Assembly (NCBI RefSeq): GCF_006345805.1
Contig: NW_021833346.1
Span: forward strand, 1 to 27,212
Length of the DNA: 27,212 nucleotides
Direction of reading: 5' to 3'
Origin: Octopus sinensis
Lineage: Eukaryota
The position numbers and the translations under genes are program-made. The notes beneath the pieces were generated by a model. That model made no database searches and had not been told where the DNA came from. It saw nothing but the letters and a program-made list of their open reading frames with translations. Of the stretch, positions 1 to 10,410 are shown in pieces. The stretch's first letter is position 1, and every line of letters starts with the position of its first letter.

Positions 1-494
1 TTTCTCTTCTTCTCTTCTTCTTCTCTTCTTCTTCTTCTTCTTCTAGGTGTCTGGAAACGCTTTACAGTTGTTGTTGTTGTTGTTGTCGCTGTTAATTTCT
101 GGTAAAGTCAGAAGAATAAAACCAAAGATACCCAAACCAAAAGACTTCGGTATTTTTTCGATTTGAGACGCATCCTGCTTTGTTTGTTTGTTTTTTTCTT
201 TTTTTTCCAAGTCCGTAGAATATTAAATGGACATTCGGCAGCCATTTATTTCACTGACCATGACCACGGGTTAGAATCTTCTTGGTTCTATTGTTGTTGA
301 TGCAGCTGTTGAGCTTGATAGTGCAAATTTATCACCCAAGTCCTTTTTAAGCCTGACCATCGCATCAGTTTCCAGGCAGTGTTCCATGCACGCACACGCA
401 CTCACACACACACACACACACACACGATAAATGAATACAGAACGGAGAGTTTACTTTACAAGACGATTGCTTCCATGAGAACTCTGTATCGGTC

Positions 495-670
495 AACTAA
501 TCTATCTCTCCATCTACTTATATGCCTGCCTACCTACCCACCTACCTACCTACCTACTAGCCTACCTACCTACCAACCTATCTGTCTGCCTGCCTACCTA
601 CCTACCAACCTATCTGTCTGCCTGCCTGCCTACCTACCAGCCTCCCTATCTATCTATCTATCTATCTATA

Positions 671-713
<43 letters not shown>

Positions 714-804
714 ATCTATCTATCAATCTACCTACCTATATATCTAGATATATATATCAACCAGTCTCTCTGTCTAATTGTCTATCTGTCTATCTATCTT
801 TCTA

Positions 805-838
<34 letters not shown>

Positions 839-961
839 AATCTATCTAGCAAGCTAACTATCAGTCTATCAGTCTATCTGTCTGTCTATCTATATTTCTA
901 TATCTATGTATGTATCTATTTATCTATCTATCTATCTATCTGTCTATCTATCCATCCATTT

Positions 962-1002
<41 letters not shown>

Positions 1003-1022
1003 TTATCTATCTATTAATCTAT
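495..1022. repeat. Compound (CTAC)n/(CTAT)n/(CT)n microsatellite
   Basis: Directly visible tandem tetra- and dinucleotide units. Confidence 0.95.
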
Positions 1023-1208
1023 CTCAAAGTGAAAGACTAATGGTCACTCTGTGCCTAACAACTGTAGGCACGGAGTGTGAATGTCAGATTAGGTCTTAGC
1101 ACGATACAATGGCGGTTTTAATTTTAACTGATTCAATTACAACCTCACAATGCTAACTGTTGACAAAATACAAAGCTTAAACATAAACACCAAAACACCA
1201 ATAACATA

Positions 1209-1209
<1 letters not shown>

Positions 1210-1243
<34 letters not shown>

Positions 1244-1270
1244 TATTATTATTATTATTATTATTTATTA

Positions 1271-1307
<37 letters not shown>

Positions 1308-1477
1308 TATATTATATTTTATATTATTATTATTATTATTATATTATTATTATTATTATTATTATTATATTATTATTATTATTATTATTATTATATTATA
1401 TTATTATTATTATTATTATTCTATCATTATTATTATTATTATTAATTTATTATTATTATTATTATATTATTATTATA
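1210..1477. repeat. (TAT)n microsatellite
   Basis: Directly visible. Confidence 0.95.
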
Positions 1478-1479
1478 AA

Positions 1480-1680
1480 GGCAGTGAGCTGGCGCAATCA
1501 TAGTGCACCGGACGAAATGCTTAGCGGTATTTCGCCCGTCGCTACGTTTTGAGTTCAAATTCCGCCGAGGTTGACTTTACATTTCATCCTTTCGGGGTTG
1601 ATAAAATAAGTACCAGATGAACGCTGGAGTCGATGCTATCGACTCATCCCCACCTCTCCCTTGTGCCAAAAATTTGAAAT
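1480..1680 (+). mobile_element. tRNA-derived SINE, family A (octopus-type)
   Basis: Head GGCAGTGAGCTGGC, B-box-like GAGTTCAAATTCC, central TTTCATCCTTTCGGGGTTGATAAAATAAGTACCAG; homologous to copies at 2981-3206, 3743-3947, 8903-9006, 20915-21005. Confidence 0.9.
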
Positions 1681-1684
1681 AATA

Positions 1685-2400
1685 ATTATTATTATTATTT
1701 ACTTTTAATCTGCATGTTTGTTACAACCACTTCCCGAGACACACCCAGCGAAGGATAAGATGTTATAGTATGACTGAAAGCTTGGGGAGATGAAGTGGCT
1801 GATGCAGTAGCGAAATATCTTCATGTAATACAACACAGACATTTAAATTGATAGGGTTCCTCTAAGGATGTGGGCAGTACTTGTCAGCACAATCTTTTGG
1901 ATTCCTCTGAGACATGGTTCTCCTGGGATATTATCTAGATGTTTTTCACATCCCTTTCTTATGATACCTAGGGCACCCACAATAACAAAAAAAGTTTCCC
2001 TTTTAAGATACCACATCTTTAATTTATCAAATTCCTTTACAGATATATTTTTATCAGTGGTAACACATCTATTAGTCTACAAGTATTTTCTTCCCTGTAT
2101 TTAATGACTATGTCTGGTCGATTAGCTGAATCGTTCTGTCAGTGTTGATTGGAAAATCCCAGAGGATTTCTACCTCCAACAACTAGCTCAGGATGATGTT
2201 CGTAGAAGTAAGCAGGAGTGTTGATTTTGTAGTGTTTTCCAATATAAATACTGCCCTACCCTATCGTGGCGATTTTTATATTCGTTTCGTGTCAGTACAG
2301 GACATCCCGAGACGAGATAGTCTATTGTTTCATCAAATGTATCGCAGAATCTGCATTTATTATCATTTTCATTAGTATCTTCTGTCAATTCTGTTTCCAT
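1685..2400 (-). mobile_element. 3' fragment of an R4/Dong-like non-LTR retrotransposon (CCHC knuckle plus restriction-like endonuclease), frameshifted
   Basis: Minus-strand translation across frameshifts: CRFC..ETIDYLVSGC..YKNRHDRV..YWK, YEHHPELVV, ILWDFPINTDRTIQ/ANRPDIVI..LIDV, VIVGALGII..IQKIVLTSTAHILR; 3' UTR ends in (TAA)n. Confidence 0.85.
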
Positions 2401-2590
2401 TTCTTGCCGAGTGTCTTCCTGATACCTAGGGCAGAAAGACGTACTGTATACATTGGTAGGCCATTAAAACAAACACACCAGATTGTTCATTTACAGAGTC
2501 ATGTGATACAGAAAAGGGGGAAGACAGAAAGAAAAAGGAAAAAATAAAAATAGAAAATTTAAAAAAATAAAGGTGGGGAGGAAAGAAAAT

Positions 2591-2712
2591 TCACAGCGAC
2601 GATGCTCTTCTCAATATGTGTGGCGTACCAGCTAAGACAATCTTTTGCAGTTCCTGCATGGGTGATAAGCCAGAGATCATCCTTAAATAATTTTCAGTTC
2701 CTTTTTTGATTA
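2591..2712 (-). mobile_element. Second, diverged R4/Dong-like ORF C-terminus fragment
   Basis: [37 protein letters not shown], paralogous to the C-terminus near 1850-1970. Confidence 0.7.
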
Positions 2713-2782
2713 TATATACATATATACATACATACATACATACATACATACATACATACATACATACATACATACATACATA

Positions 2783-2968
2783 CCGGTAGCTACTACACAC
2801 ATTTTGTTCTCTCCTTGTTTTTCTCCTTGTTTCTTTCTGTGTTCCTTTCTGTGGAAGAGCGTAGGCTCGAAACGTAAAAGACTTTCAATTCCCGAGCATT
2901 ATGCTAATATATCTGTTAGTATTCTACACCACCTGTCTTCGTCTTTTGTTTTTTTCATAAACTCTCCC
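2783..2968 (+). mobile_element. Penelope-like pLTR remnant with a minimal hammerhead motif
   Basis: CTTT-CTGTGGA-A-GAGC(GTAG)GCTC-GAAA-CGTA-AAAG at 2845-2880; pyrimidine-rich end abutting (TA)n. Confidence 0.6.
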
Positions 2969-2980
2969 TATATATATATA

Positions 2981-3206
2981 TATTTCTTTACTACCCACAA
3001 GGGGCTAAACACAGAGGGGACAAACAAGGACAGACAAACGGATTAAGTCGATTACATCGACTCCAGTGCGTAACTGGTACTTAATTTATCGACTCCAAAA
3101 GGATGAAAGGCAAAGTCGACCTCGGCGGAGTTTGAACTCAGAACGTAACGGCAGACGAAATACGGCTACGCATTTCGCCCGGCGTGCTAACGTTTCTGCC
3201 AGCTCG
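2981..3206 (-). mobile_element. tRNA-derived SINE, family A, near full length with Tx1-like tail
   Basis: Reverse complement: CGAGCTGGCAGAAACGTTAGCACGCCGGGCG...GAGTTCAAACTCCGCCGAGGTCGACTTTGCCTTTCATCC...TTTAGCCCCTTGTGGGTAGTAAAGAAATA. Confidence 0.92.
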
Positions 3207-3742
3207 TATGTATGTATGTATGTATGTATGTATGTATATATATATATATATATTGCTCTCACCATTGTCCAGTTTTAATTATGAATATGGGAGTAAACAT
3301 AAACAGTAGGGACTCCGGTACAGCAATTTCCAACATGGTGGTGCTCCAGCAAGAGAGGTTTTGATCAGAATGGACTACGTTGACTAAATCTCTGCACAAC
3401 CATTGGTGTCCCAGCGACAAAGGATGTGGTACTTACATTCTCCTGTTGGTGGAGTGCCACGGTCGGATTGCTTTCTCGTAACCTCAATGCAAGGCGTGGA
3501 TCTTCATTAAAGTAGATAATCTCTAGCAAGGAAGTTGTGAGGATTAAATTAAACAGCTGGGGATATACAACACTTTATTTAAAAGAGCCGTGAAAAAGAA
3601 ATGAAGAGGTGATTATCAATTGTCGGCTAATTGCAAACACTTGAAATTAATCTATTGTAATTAAATGTCTAATTATTTGTGATGAAGTAAATGGAAATTT
3701 AATAAGACTTCATTTTTCTGACTACTAAACTCATTTTATATT

Positions 3743-3947
3743 GCTGCCGGAATCGTTAGTGCGTCGAACAAAAGTCTTAGTGGCATTTCGTCCGGCTTTC
3801 CGTTCTGACTTCGAATTCCACTGTGGTCGACTTTATCTTTCAGGGTCAATAAAATAAGTTCCCGTCGAACACTGGGGTCGATGTAGTCACCTGGGACGGC
3901 CCCCCACACCAAATTTAAGGCATTTTACCTACAGCAGAAAGGTTATT
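3743..3947 (+). mobile_element. tRNA-derived SINE, family A, diverged copy
   Basis: GGAATCGTTAGT...TTCGAATTCC...GGTCGACTTT...GGGTCAATAAAATAAGT...CACTGGGGTCGATGTA. Confidence 0.85.
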
Positions 3948-4050
3948 TGCGTGGTGTAGATAAAAATGTAAGTTTTTAATAAAGGCTAAAGGAAGCACAG
4001 GAGAAAGCCTTACTTCAAAGCTTTGGTAATTTGTTATTACCTGCTTTCAA

Positions 4051-4210
4051 GTAACTTAACGGTTCGGCAAAAGGTGACAGATTGAATAAGTACTAGGCTT
4101 AAAAAAAAAAAAAAAAATCCTTGGGTCGATTCATTCGACTATAAACTTTTCAAGGCGATGCCCCAGTATGGCCACACTCTGTAGATTGAAACGAGTAAAA
4201 AGATAAAAGA
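4051..4210 (+). mobile_element. 3' half of an OK-like SINE (family B)
   Basis: GTAACTTAACGGTTCGGCAAAAG...GAATAAGTACTAGGCTT...GGTCGATT...CCAGTATGGCC...GTAAAAGATAAAAG matches 26760-26904. Confidence 0.85.
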
Positions 4211-4935
4211 GAGAAGATATCTCACAAATTATAATTTCTTAAAATGTATGTATGTTTGTGTGTATTTGTGTATTTGCATGTGTATGTGTGGCGTGCATAT
4301 GTGTACACCTACTTTTTTTTGTTGTTGATCATTATGTTAGTTTTGTTAGATATTCAGCTATTTATTCAACATCATTGCGAGAGAGAGAGAGAGAGAGAGA
4401 GAGCGGGGTTCCTCCTGAAAGTCCGGATAACTGCGACCCTTCTAAGAAATGAGCCCCACGAGGTGAGCTGTCTGTTACAGCGAGTGTTGCTGGCCATTCT
4501 CGGCGCTAACTCTTTTGCAATCGTGTTGGCGAGGCGCGCCTGAACACAGCTTTTGGTCTGGGGTGTTCAACCCATTAATGCTCCCACCCCACACATCTTC
4601 TGCTTAAATTTTCAATCCCTGCCTTTTGTCTCTTCATTTTTGTCTTTGTTTATCCTTGCTGAGGTATTTATGGTACTTTTCTCTCGATAATTTGAACTTT
4701 TATACTTTCAATTATTTATTTTTCTATCAGTAAAGTGTCTTTTTTTTTATCAAATCGGTGAAGTGTAAATTAAAGATTTCGCTGCTATTTCTAGCATGCC
4801 GAGCGACCATGTGAAGGCCCATTCATTGTGCTGTGTGTCTGGATATAGTAGTAGCAGTAGTCGGTGTAGGCTATCACAGTGTCCAGTTCTTGACGTGGTG
4901 TAGTGACCAATGTGCCGCACGGACCTTCAGAGTTA

Positions 4936-4974
4936 CCTCTCTATGTTTAGCCCCTTGTGGGCAATAAAGAAATA
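4936..4974 (+). mobile_element. Orphan 3' tail of family A SINE or of its Tx1-like partner
   Basis: TGTTTAGCCCCTTGTGGGCAATAAAGAAATA nearly identical to the tail of 2981-3206. Confidence 0.7.
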
Positions 4975-5319
4975 AGTATATAGACAGACCAAAATTTCAG
5001 TGATCCGATTTCCCGTTGGCGTTCACTCTCTTCATAACTGTTTTTCACAGCTGCATATTCAACCTTGAACGATGGGAGAAGACACAGCACAGCATCGCGT
5101 GTATATATAGTTGATGTATAGAAATCAGCCCAAATGTTGAATTTCTAATAAAGACTTCCTGCTCATGTTTCATACGTTGTTTTATCTGAATATTTTTTGC
5201 TTGCGTTACATCAGCGCCCTCTTTACTAAATAACAAACCAATTATGATCTAAAAACACAAAGAAGTCTTCCAACTTGTTACATACTTGGTGGTCTTCAAC
5301 TTCTTCACTGCTTCTTCGA

Positions 5320-5543
5320 TTTCATCTTCTTCCTCCTTTTCCTTATCTTCTTTTCTTCTCATCTTCCTTCCTTCCTTTCTTCCTTCCTTCCTTCCATGTT
5401 TTCTATCTATCTATCTATCTATCATCTTTCTTTTTCTCTTTTTCTTTTTTGTTTCATTCTCTCTTTCTCCTTTCTTTTCCTTTCTCGTCTTTTCCCCCGT
5501 GCACCTCTTCATTCTTCTTCTTCTTCTTCATCACCTACTACTA

Positions 5544-5601
<58 letters not shown>

Positions 5602-6163
5602 ACTACTACTACTACTACTACTTATTTTATCTCTTCTTTCTTTCTTTCTTTCTTTCTTCCTCTTCTTCCACTTCTTCCTCTTCTTCTACTTCTCCTTCTT
5701 GTTCTTCTTCTTTCTCCTCCTGCTCCTTCTCCACCTTCTTCGTTTTCTTTCTCCTCCTCCTCCTCCGCCCCCCTCTCTTCCGTTGTCCTACTCATTGCCA
5801 CTATCGTTGTTGGTTTTTCTTCTTCTTCTTCTTAATCTTCCTACTGTCAACAACCTTTCCATAACGTATGTCCGCCATATTTATTTCTCTTATTTCAATA
5901 ATATTTCTTTTCTATATTTCATTAATTATTTTTTTTCCTTGTTATTTACTCCTCTCTTTTCCAAGTTGTTGTACATCATATCGCTCATTGTAATTATTGT
6001 TATCGTTGTTGTTGTTGTTGTTGTTGTTGTTGCTGCTGTGGTTGTTGTTGTTACTGATCTTGATGTTACCCTTCCAAACGGCCATTACCTTTTTTTCTTT
6101 ATATTTTTCTCGCCATTCTTTGTATTTCTTTATGATTGCAACAATCAATTCGCCGTTGTGGCT

Positions 6164-6217
<54 letters not shown>

Positions 6218-6431
6218 ATTTTTGCAGCTATTAATTTTTGTTTATGTTTATATTCTTGTTGGGTCTTCTCTCTTCTTTTTTTTATGATTATTGTGACAAC
6301 TATAAATTTAGTTTCTCTTCTTGTGAATGATGTTGTTATTGTTGTTGCCGACATCGTTGTTGAAGCTTGTTTTTATAATTATTGTGGCAACTATATAAAC
6401 TCGGCTGTTATTGCTGTCGCTTGCCGCTGCT

Positions 6432-6462
<31 letters not shown>

Positions 6463-6510
6463 ATGATGATGTTTTTGTCACCAGCTTTGTTGTTCTTGTT
6501 GTTGTTGTTG
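5320..6510. repeat. Compound low-complexity region (CTT, CTA, CTG, GTT, GAT repeats)
   Basis: Directly visible; source of the spurious poly-L/V/T ORFs. Confidence 0.9.
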
Positions 6511-6974
6511 ATTTTGCCGATGCGAGATGTCTTGTCTGTAGATGTCATCGTAAATACCATCGATTATTATTACTAGGACACCAGCTCACCTTCAGGCATG
6601 TCAAGTCGGAAGCCGTCATAGCGAAATACACAATAAGGAAGTTAGAACTGGCATCCACGTCATCGTCAACACCGCCACCACCTCCCCACCACCACCACCA
6701 CCACCACCACATCCACCAACATCACCGCTATCACCATCATTGTCGTCAGTCGTCGTCGTCACCATCATCATCACCACCAAGTGTATCAGAAATGGTAAGA
6801 AGCAGCAGCAGCAGCAGCAGCTGAGGTTTTTGCGGCTTGGAACTGTGAGGTAGCCACTATAAGGTAGTGGAGCGAGCTAGAAATAATAACGAAAATGCCT
6901 GCTTTCAAATCAAGCTCTATCATCTTAAGAAAGCGAAAGAAATATTGGACAATTTGCGTGTATGTTATGTGTAT

Positions 6975-7570
6975 GCACATACATATACATACATACATAC
7001 ATACATACATACATACATACATACATACAACATACCTACATACATACATACAACATACATACATACACACATACATAACATACATACATAAAAACATACA
7101 TACATTACATACATACATACATACATACACCACATACATACATAATACATACTACATACATACATACATACATACATACATACTACAGACACATACATAC
7201 ATACATACATACATACATACACGATACATACATACATACAAACATAAATACATACATACATACATAACATAAATACAACATACATACATTACATACAGAC
7301 ACATACATACATACATACATGCGCACATACATACATACATACATACATACACACATACATACATACATACATACATACATACATACACACTACATTTACA
7401 TACATACAGACACATACATTACATACATACACACATACATGCAACATACATACATACATACAACATTACATACATACATACATACATACAAAAAAACATA
7501 ACCTACATACATACATTGCATACATACATAACATACATACATGCATACATACATACATACATATATGTAT
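6975..7570. repeat. Degenerate (TACA)n microsatellite
   Basis: Directly visible. Confidence 0.95.
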
Positions 7571-7705
7571 CTGATGAACGGGAAGTGAAACTCCGAGTAA
7601 CAGCTTTTGTATATTTCTGCTGATTTTAAATAAAAGCATTATTACTCTACCTCTGGTATTGAGTACTCTTTTTACGCCTTGTTTCAATTTATGTGCTTAC
7701 TCCGG
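7571..7705 (+). mobile_element. Penelope-like pLTR remnant starting with a canonical minimal hammerhead core
   Basis: CTGATGA-AC(GGGAA)GT-GAAA-CTCCGAG-TA at 7571-7599; AATAAA at 7629-7634; T-rich end followed by (TA)n. Confidence 0.7.
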
Positions 7706-7893
7706 TATATAATTATATAATAATATATATTCATATATATATATAATAGATAATATATATATATATATATATAGATATATATAATATATGTATGTAGATG
7801 TATTTATGTATATATGTATGTAATGTATGTATATGTATATATGTATGTATTTATATAGTATATATGTGTATTATTATATATATATAATATATA

Positions 7894-7933
<40 letters not shown>

Positions 7934-7961
7934 TATATGTATGTATGTATGTATGTATATA
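7706..7961. repeat. (TA)n/(TATG)n microsatellite
   Basis: Directly visible. Confidence 0.95.
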
Positions 7962-8180
7962 TGGTAAGAAGGAAATAGAGGGAATCCAGATGTAGTATTC
8001 ATCAGTTGTTAGACATTATAATATGTCTATTTATATATTGTAAACAGTTCAGAAAATATATGAAACCATGCGTAAAGTATTAGTGATTTCTAGAATAGAG
8101 AAAGAAGAGCAGTTTCTTACAGCTGTTTCAGTCAAGAGGTCACACTACCTCATGTGTTATTGCCATCTTTTCAGTGTGAC
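7962..8180 (-). mobile_element. Penelope-like pLTR remnant with a degenerate hammerhead motif
   Basis: Minus strand CTGAAAAGA...GAAACAGCTGTA (8174 to 8118) with palindromic ACAGCTGT; ends in TTTCCTTCTTACC then (TA)n. Confidence 0.5.
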
Positions 8181-8319
8181 ATAATATATTGTCTAGCAAC
8201 GGATGACCACTACCTCTGAATTCCCTCCTTTTTCTTCTTGCCAATAGATTTGTTCATAATGATTAAAGGTTAGTGCCACACTTTGGCCCACTCCCTCCTT
8301 CAAATCGCCGTTGTCTGAA

Positions 8320-8484
8320 CAGATGCCACGGTGTGCCACGCGTCAGGTGTCGACGTAATCGCAGAGCGAAGTGAGATGAAGTGTTATATTCAAGAACACA
8401 ACGCACTGCCCAATCTAGGAATTGAAACGACGATCGCTACATCGTGAGTGCTACACGCTAACCACTAGGTCAGGTCATACGCTC
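8320..8484 (-). mobile_element. tRNA-headed CORE-type SINE fragment
   Basis: Minus strand A-box TGACCTAGTGG, B-box GTTTCAATTCC, then TTGTGTTCTTGAATATAACACTTCATCTCAC. Confidence 0.8.
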
Positions 8485-8547
8485 TCATATACATACATAT
8501 TTATTTATTTATATATTTATTTAGATGCTCATTGACAGGCACGCAGG

Positions 8548-8590
<43 letters not shown>

Positions 8591-8902
8591 ATAAACTTGT
8601 AGGTCCTCTTGCATCATATAGTCTTGTGGTTCCTTATAGCGTCCGTTAATGAATGCCACCCATAAGATCTGTAAATGATGCCAAGTAAATAATATAGGAT
8701 TAAGCTTAAAGAGGATGTCCTGTTCACTTCCGTTTGGGGCATTCTGTGTACCCTTGGAAAAAATGCAGTCAAGTTCACCAATTACGTTGAAAGGAAATAG
8801 ATGATTTAATAATTAAAGAGTTTGTTTTTTTTCTCTTCTGAAAATGAAGCTAGTTAAAGTCTAAAATGAACAATGAAGAGAAAAATTAGAATTAGAAACA
8901 AG

Positions 8903-9006
8903 GGTGGCGAGCTGGCAGAATCGTTAGTACGCCGGGCGAATTGCATAGTGGTATTTCGTCTGCTGCTACGTTCTGAGTTCAAATTCCGCCGAGGTCGACT
9001 TTGCCT
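8903..9006 (+). mobile_element. 5' half of a family A SINE, truncated at a DNA transposon junction
   Basis: GGTGGCGAGCTGGCAGAATCGTTAG...GAGTTCAAATTCCGCCGAGGTCGACTTTGCCT. Confidence 0.9.
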
Positions 9007-9417
9007 CTCTCTTGGCTCTGGGCAGCACTACCTCCTCCGGGCACTTGATGTAGGCCTCCATGTTGATTCTGAGGCTGAATGGAAAGATGAATGGAGGCAT
9101 AACGTCGCCATCGGTAGCGATCACTCGAAACACCATGATATTAACTGGATGTTTGAGTTTTATCACTCTTGGTACGGGTCATCAGACTGACACCCAAACA
9201 CTCTGAAATGTTCGTACTTGAACCACCAGCGCGAATGCCAAGCCGTACAGCATGTCGTTTACAAATTTCTGGCAGAGTGAATTGCGTCATGGTACTGTTT
9301 TTCTCACAGACGGTGTCCAATTGATCCGACTATACTGTATAGTTGACAAAATCTAAAACAATGCGCATACGAGAAATAAAAAATACAAAATGGTGACAAT
9401 TTACCCATTACAAACTG
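9007..9417 (-). mobile_element. Internally deleted Tc1/mariner-superfamily transposon (5' terminus plus transposase fragments)
   Basis: Minus strand begins TA|CAG; start MTQFTLPEICKRHAVRLGIRAG is fused directly to catalytic-domain segment KHPVNIMVFRVIATDGDVMPPFIFP..INMEAYIKCPEEVVLP. Confidence 0.8.
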
Positions 9418-9671
9418 TAGGTGGAATATTATCTGTACGGAGTGCAAGTGTTAGTCGCTATTGATTTAGATAATTTAGAAATTAGTAATAGGCTTCCTTA
9501 TTGAATTTATTTACCGATTCTGTTTTTATTCAAAGGGTAAATGTGTTTCGTTGTTGTAGTTTGATCAATATTGTTACTGTCTAATCCTTGCTAGAATTAT
9601 GATTGAATGAATATGGTGATATCTAAGGTATGCTTGTTCCCAAACAACACTTATTTTATTGCTGTTGACAC

Positions 9672-9802
9672 CACCGGACTGAACGGTACTCCCCAGGTGT
9701 CGAAACCATTATGATATCCGTGGGGGGCAGTGATGATGGGGGTATGCTGGATTGTGGTATGGCTGTTATTGTATGTGCGGATAGTTTTATAAACATCCAT
9801 TT
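9672..9802 (+). mobile_element. Possible Penelope-like pLTR remnant with a degenerate hammerhead motif
   Basis: CGGA-CTGAAC-GGTACT(CCCCA)GGTGTC-GAAA-CCATTATGA-TA-TCCG; ends at (TA)n. Confidence 0.4.

Positions 9803-10410
<608 letters not shown>

Noticed and set aside
272-388. 38-codon minus-strand ORF MEHCLETDAMVRLKK...
   Set aside because: Short, no recognisable motif or splice context; expected by chance
6580-6660. Strong minus-strand splice donor GAAG|GTGAGC
   Set aside because: No credible acceptor or coding frame upstream
5275-6824. Long ORFs up to 349 aa
   Set aside because: Translations of trinucleotide and low-complexity tracts, open in several frames
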